The notes under the pieces: generated by a model
The model's input: only the letters and a program-made list of their open reading frames with translations
Database searches by the model: none
Told to the model about the DNA's origin: nothing
Translations under genes and position numbers: made by a program
Assembly: GCF_001194135.2 (NCBI RefSeq)
Contig: NC_069002.1
Span: 18,167,457-18,207,446, forward strand
Length of the DNA stretch: 39,990 nucleotides
From: Octopus bimaculoides
Lineage: Eukaryota
Direction: 5' to 3'
Part shown: positions 38,201 through 39,990 of the stretch, in pieces
Position numbering within the stretch: position 1 is the first letter of the stretch
How the letters are laid out: each line of letters begins with the position of its first letter

Positions 38201-39258
38201 TCAATTTGCTATGATTCTTTATTTTTATTTTGGTAACTCTTATTCTGTGAATATTCTTTGATGACAGAATTTTCTGACAGTTTCTTTATTTGAAACGTTG
38301 TCTTCTGATGAAATGGTGAAAATTTGTCACCAAAACAATTGTAAAGAATAAAATTTTGAATAAATATTTCTGTCTCTTATAATATGATATGGATTTATAT
38401 TCTATGGATGTTGATATCATGGAACATATCTATCTTTAAAGCTGCATTTCTGTGAATATAAGAGATCATATTGAGTTCTAATGAAACCATTACATGTTAT
38501 GTTAATTGATACTTTTATATTAAATCATATCTATGTGAGCATGAAATGCAATGAAACTCTGTCTAAGGAAACTAAAAAAACAACAAGGACTTCAAAAAAT
38601 GTTTTATAGCACAGAGGTGGCCTGATGAGCACAGTTCAGGTCAAGATACATTTAAGAGTGTGTTGGCTATGTTGCAGATGGTGGAGAGATATAATCTTTG
38701 GGAGAAAGTTTACAGATTATTATTGACATAACATCCAAAACTTTGTTTTCATTTTGCTGCTCAAATATAAGTTTCTTTCCAAACAATTGATTGATCTCTC
38801 CATAATCAATATCAACAGACGACTCTGATTCACATTGGATCAATCGTAAGGGTGACCGTTGGCTCTCAAAGAATATCCCCAAAACAAAAATGTTTTGAAA
38901 ACAGATAATCAAAAATGTTCTTATGGTTCAATAATGAAGTTGATTTTTGGAGAAAATGAGAAAAAGATGTTGTTGGTTACCAATATTATGTTGTCATCCT
39001 CTCACACCGACACTCCTGTGGCATCTTTGGATATTTAACCTGTCTAGAAATGGAAAAAATTTGGAAACGAAACAGATCTGAAGATTTTAGTTAATTCTGA
39101 ACTTACTTCTTCACAGCCTAATGTAATGCTGTTAGACCATCTTTGTCAGTCACGTTCAAATTAGATCCTGCTTCTATCAACATGTTTATCATATCTGTGC
39201 TACTATGTATACAAGCAGCCATTAAGTATGTTTTACCTGTTGAGTTTGTTTGGTTCAC
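8597..39258 (-). CDS. Multi-exon Mind bomb (MIB1/MIB2)-related ankyrin-repeat / RING E3 ligase / death-domain gene; 11 exons in window, 5' end outside window, one in-frame TAG at 39118-39120
   Basis: All 10 introns are GT-AG with matching phases (2,0,2,0,0,2,1,1,1,1). Exon lengths 152+157+2093+37+210+179+143+93+213+72+206=3555 nt. The pre-RING segment [29 protein letters not shown] resembles the Mind bomb motif ..[25 protein letters not shown] (from memory). Domain order is ANK-RING-STP linker-death domain. Confidence 0.88.
9700..10325 (+). mobile_element. Degenerate RTE-clade LINE 3' end with (GAT)n tail
   Basis: [13 protein letters not shown] and ..[14 protein letters not shown] remnants, ending in (GAT)n at about 10289-10324. 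Confidence 0.65.
11390..11461 (-). CDS. Exon 10: N-terminal helices of death domain, phase 1-1
   Basis: Acceptor aatatttatttcag|AG, donor G|gtgagt. (E)[23 protein letters not shown](G) joins exon 11 to give the typical death-domain pattern L..VA..LG..W..VGRELGV. Confidence 0.85.
11660..12240 (-). mobile_element. Old remnant of HERO/NeSL-like RLE non-LTR retrotransposon (pre-RT region), copy 1
   Basis: [37 protein letters not shown]...VKSAPG parallels [29 protein letters not shown]...NASAPG of the element at 30783-32460. Confidence 0.65.
13598..13803 (+). mobile_element. tRNA-derived octopus SINE, internally deleted
   Basis: gagctggcagaaac.ttagca...ttctgagttcaaattctgccgaggtcg...gtgggcaataaagaaataa; paralogous to 28216-28415 and 30561-30782. 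Confidence 0.85.
14000..14340 (+). mobile_element. Penelope-like GIY-YIG endonuclease remnant
   Basis: [24 protein letters not shown] and NFKV..E.N...LRIMEEI resemble the GIY-YIG domain of Penelope-like elements; degenerate. Confidence 0.5.
14899..15111 (-). CDS. Exon 9: Ser/Thr/Pro-rich tandem-repeat linker, phase 1-1
   Basis: Acceptor ttattatctattttag|TG, donor G|gtgagt. [70 protein letters not shown]; 213 nt, open. Confidence 0.75.
15251..15658. repeat. About 400-bp foldback element (arms about 15251-15422 and 15503-15658)
   Basis: Left ttgttcttttatctgcccaatatttcgggtcctaaaagtcccttcatcaaggcttaagg versus reverse complement of right ttgttcttttatctgaccaatatttcaggtcctaaaaatcccttcatcagggcttaagg; a second matching block tttgattaaattttt..ttttcaa. 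Confidence 0.85.
15900..16330 (-). mobile_element. Same HERO/NeSL-like remnant, copy 2 (part of segmental duplication)
   Basis: Colinear with about 11800-12190, e.g. atatctttgcataagttagagagga and gggtataccaccat / ggacataccaccat. Confidence 0.65.
17009..17101 (-). CDS. Exon 8: linker exon, phase 1-1
   Basis: Acceptor aatatttatttcag|CT, donor A|gtgagt. (A)[30 protein letters not shown]; 93 nt, open. Confidence 0.75.
18058..18200 (-). CDS. Exon 7: C3HC4 RING finger (MIB/IAP type)
   Basis: Acceptor tttcgttctacag|A, donor G|gtaaga. [47 protein letters not shown] has all 8 Zn ligands; phase 2 to 1. Confidence 0.92.
18305..18430 (+). mobile_element. tRNA-derived SINE head
   Basis: A-box tggcttagtgg (18312-18322), B-box gtttcgattcc (18356-18366), followed by ..gttctttagcaaaacactt. 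Confidence 0.7.
19967..20016. repeat. 15-bp tandem repeat (CTGGAAGTGTCACCT)x3.3
   Basis: Three perfect units plus ctgga. Confidence 0.9.
21069..21247 (-). CDS. Exon 6 (last ankyrin-like unit, Mind bomb-type pre-RING segment)
   Basis: Acceptor catcatttgtag|TAC, donor CT|gtaagt. [59 protein letters not shown]; too short for the ORF track. Confidence 0.88.
22141..22467 (-). mobile_element. Two tandem 5'-truncated SINE copies delimited by three copies of a 16-bp direct repeat
   Basis: aactgtctgaaatatt at 22141-22156, 22284-22300 (one extra a) and 22452-22467; both bodies contain gatgaaaggcaaagt.gac.t.gg.ggaatttgaactcagaa. Confidence 0.85.
23468..23677 (-). CDS. Exon 5 (ankyrin repeats)
   Basis: Acceptor ttttatctccaaaaag|GAT, donor AAG|gtaagt. 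[70 protein letters not shown]; 210 nt. Confidence 0.88.
23969..24005 (-). CDS. Exon 4: 37-nt microexon completing ankyrin repeat 21
   Basis: Long polypyrimidine tract ttttctcctttaataacttacag|G, donor CAG|gttagt. Gives (W)[12 protein letters not shown] and supplies exactly the phase 2 to 0 bridge needed between exons 3 and 5. Confidence 0.85.
24198..25130 (+). mobile_element. Tc1 DNA transposon, internally deleted (933 bp), both TIRs and TA TSDs
   Basis: TIRs caggggttggacaaaataatgggaacacc / cagggattggacaaaataatggaaacacc (27/29 identical); TA at 24196-24197 and 25131-25132. Transposase [14 protein letters not shown].. (24391-) is frameshifted near DES and lacks the C-terminal catalytic part. 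Confidence 0.93.
25220..25370 (-). mobile_element. Degenerate SINE fragment
   Basis: aaggaaaggccaaattgacctcggtagtatctgaactcggaatgtaaag resembles the SINE core at 22250-22283. Confidence 0.55.
25791..27883 (-). CDS. Exon 3: 2093-nt single-exon array of 20 complete 34-aa ankyrin repeats plus the start of a 21st
   Basis: The supplied ORF 25787..27772 starts at a GTG (Val); the frame stays open to the acceptor tatattttcag|GTC at 27883. Donor TG|gtaaga at 25790. Consensus [34 protein letters not shown] with 102-bp period. Confidence 0.95.
28216..28415 (+). mobile_element. tRNA-derived octopus SINE
   Basis: gctggcagaaacgttagcacgccgggcgaaatgcttagcggtatttcg...gagttcaaattctgccgaggtcgactttgcctttcatcctttcggggtcg. 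Confidence 0.9.
28517..28606. repeat. 10-bp minisatellite (TGCATTTATG)x9
   Basis: Read directly; one unit carries a t-to-c variant. Confidence 0.9.
30093..30400 (-). mobile_element. LINE ORF2 C-terminal fragment, tentatively L1/Tx1-like
   Basis: GC-rich coding-like [53 protein letters not shown] running into the gap; clade is from recollection only. Confidence 0.45.
30561..30782 (+). mobile_element. tRNA-derived octopus SINE
   Basis: ggcgagctggcagaaacgttagc...gagttcaaattccaccgaggtcgg...gtgggcaataaaga; abuts the 3' end of the RLE element tail-to-tail. Confidence 0.88.
30783..32460 (-). mobile_element. RLE-type non-LTR retrotransposon (HERO/NeSL/R2-like) with most of the RT deleted
   Basis: N-terminal zinc finger [23 protein letters not shown]; pre-RT SAPG.NGIPY and [10 protein letters not shown] joined near 31232 to the RLE domain [39 protein letters not shown]; stop at 30789. 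Confidence 0.88.
32709..34634 (-). mobile_element. 5'-truncated Penelope-like element with inverted terminal repeats
   Basis: RT remnants ([50 protein letters not shown]) and GIY-YIG ([10 protein letters not shown]); inverted arms 32709-32824 and 34520-34634. Confidence 0.88.
34684..34840 (-). CDS. Exon 2 (ankyrin repeats)
   Basis: Acceptor ttttttactttcag|C, donor CAG|gttagt. Translates (N)[52 protein letters not shown]; phase 2 to 0. Confidence 0.87.
35540..36260 (+). mobile_element. R4/Dong-like RLE LINE 3' fragment
   Basis: [20 protein letters not shown] zinc knuckle and [42 protein letters not shown]. Confidence 0.8.
36270..36390 (-). mobile_element. Degenerate SINE fragment
   Basis: aggcacaaggcctgtaattttgagggg..aacctcagcaagatttgaactc. 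Confidence 0.5.
36765..37420. repeat. Degenerate (CATA)n/(CATG)n/(CA)n compound microsatellite
   Basis: Read directly; source of the MHTY/MYVC ORFs. Confidence 0.95.
37660..38120 (-). mobile_element. Degenerate RTE-clade LINE 3' end
   Basis: [29 protein letters not shown] and [20 protein letters not shown] remnants. Confidence 0.7.
39107..39258 (-). CDS. Exon 1 in window (ankyrin repeats) with in-frame TAG
   Basis: Acceptor cactttccttgtttcag|GTG, donor AA|gtaagt. Translates [49 protein letters not shown]; phase 0 to 2. Confidence 0.82.
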
Positions 39259-39294
39259 CTGAAACAAGGAAAGTGAAGGCGTAGGAAATTAATT

Positions 39295-39375
<81 letters not shown>

Positions 39376-39559
39376 AGTTGAAGAAAAAGTAATGGGTGAG
39401 AAAAGAGGGATACGAAAGAGAAAGGAAGTTGAACATAAAAACGTAGACAAACATACACACACATATATCATGTTGGAGGGGTTTTGTCAGTCAATGTTTG
39501 CAGTAAGAGTTACTGTGCTCCTATATTAGTCAGGGGACTTTATACATTTACAGAGGCAC

Positions 39560-39928
39560 AGGGGTCGTTATGTGGTAAGACATCTTGGGAAAATACTTTC
39601 TACAATAGCTTCGGGTTGACCAAAGCCTTGTGAGTAGGTTTGGTAGACGAAAACAGAAAGAAGACTGTCATATATACGCATGTACGTATGTATGTACATA
39701 TCTATGTGCAAGTGTCTCTGTGTTAGTTTAGTCCATCACCACCACTACTTTATAGCTGGTGTTGGTTCGTTTATATTCTTGTAACTTAGCGGCTCGTCGA
39801 AAGAGTCTGATAGAATAACTAGCGGGCTTAAGCATAACCATTGGCATCAATTTTCTACTCTAAAATACTTCAAGTTGGTGCCCCAGCATGGCCACAGTCC
39901 AATGAATGAAACATGTAAAAGATAAAAG

Positions 39929-39930
<2 letters not shown>
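39560..39930 (+). mobile_element. Octopus-type SINE, same family as 940-1332
   Basis: gaccaaagccttgtgagtaggtttggtagacg..gtaacttagcgg..ccccagcatggccacagtcc..gaaacatgtaaaagataaaagata. Confidence 0.75.
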
Positions 39931-39966
<36 letters not shown>

Positions 39967-39990
39967 ACACACACACATTCACACACACAC

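Overview
AT-rich, microsatellite- and TE-dense eukaryotic genomic DNA with four N gaps (4269-4987, 7630-7652, 19206-19697, 29128-30092). The SINE families and repeat landscape look like an octopus (coleoid cephalopod) assembly; this is an inference, not a lookup. The main feature is one minus-strand gene that I reconstructed by hand as 11 GT-AG exons with fully compatible phases: 39258-39107, 34840-34684, 27883-25791, 24005-23969, 23677-23468, 21247-21069, 18200-18058, 17101-17009, 15111-14899, 11461-11390, 8802-8597. These total 3555 nt (1185 codons); the 5' end lies beyond the window. The product is a Mind bomb-derived protein: about 26 ankyrin repeats (20 of them a 102-bp tandem array inside one 2.1-kb exon), a single C3HC4 RING, a Ser/Thr/Pro linker and a C-terminal death domain. 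The frame is interrupted once, by an in-frame TAG at 39118-39120 in the motif TALH*AV, where A-to-I editing would restore Trp. The linker and first death-domain exons arose by tandem duplication of an exon-plus-flank cassette. The rest is decayed Tc1/mariner, Chapaev-like, Helitron, RTE, R4-like, HERO/NeSL-like and Penelope-like elements, SINEs, two long inverted repeats and one unexplained CpG-rich decayed-ORF island (about 2570-4140).
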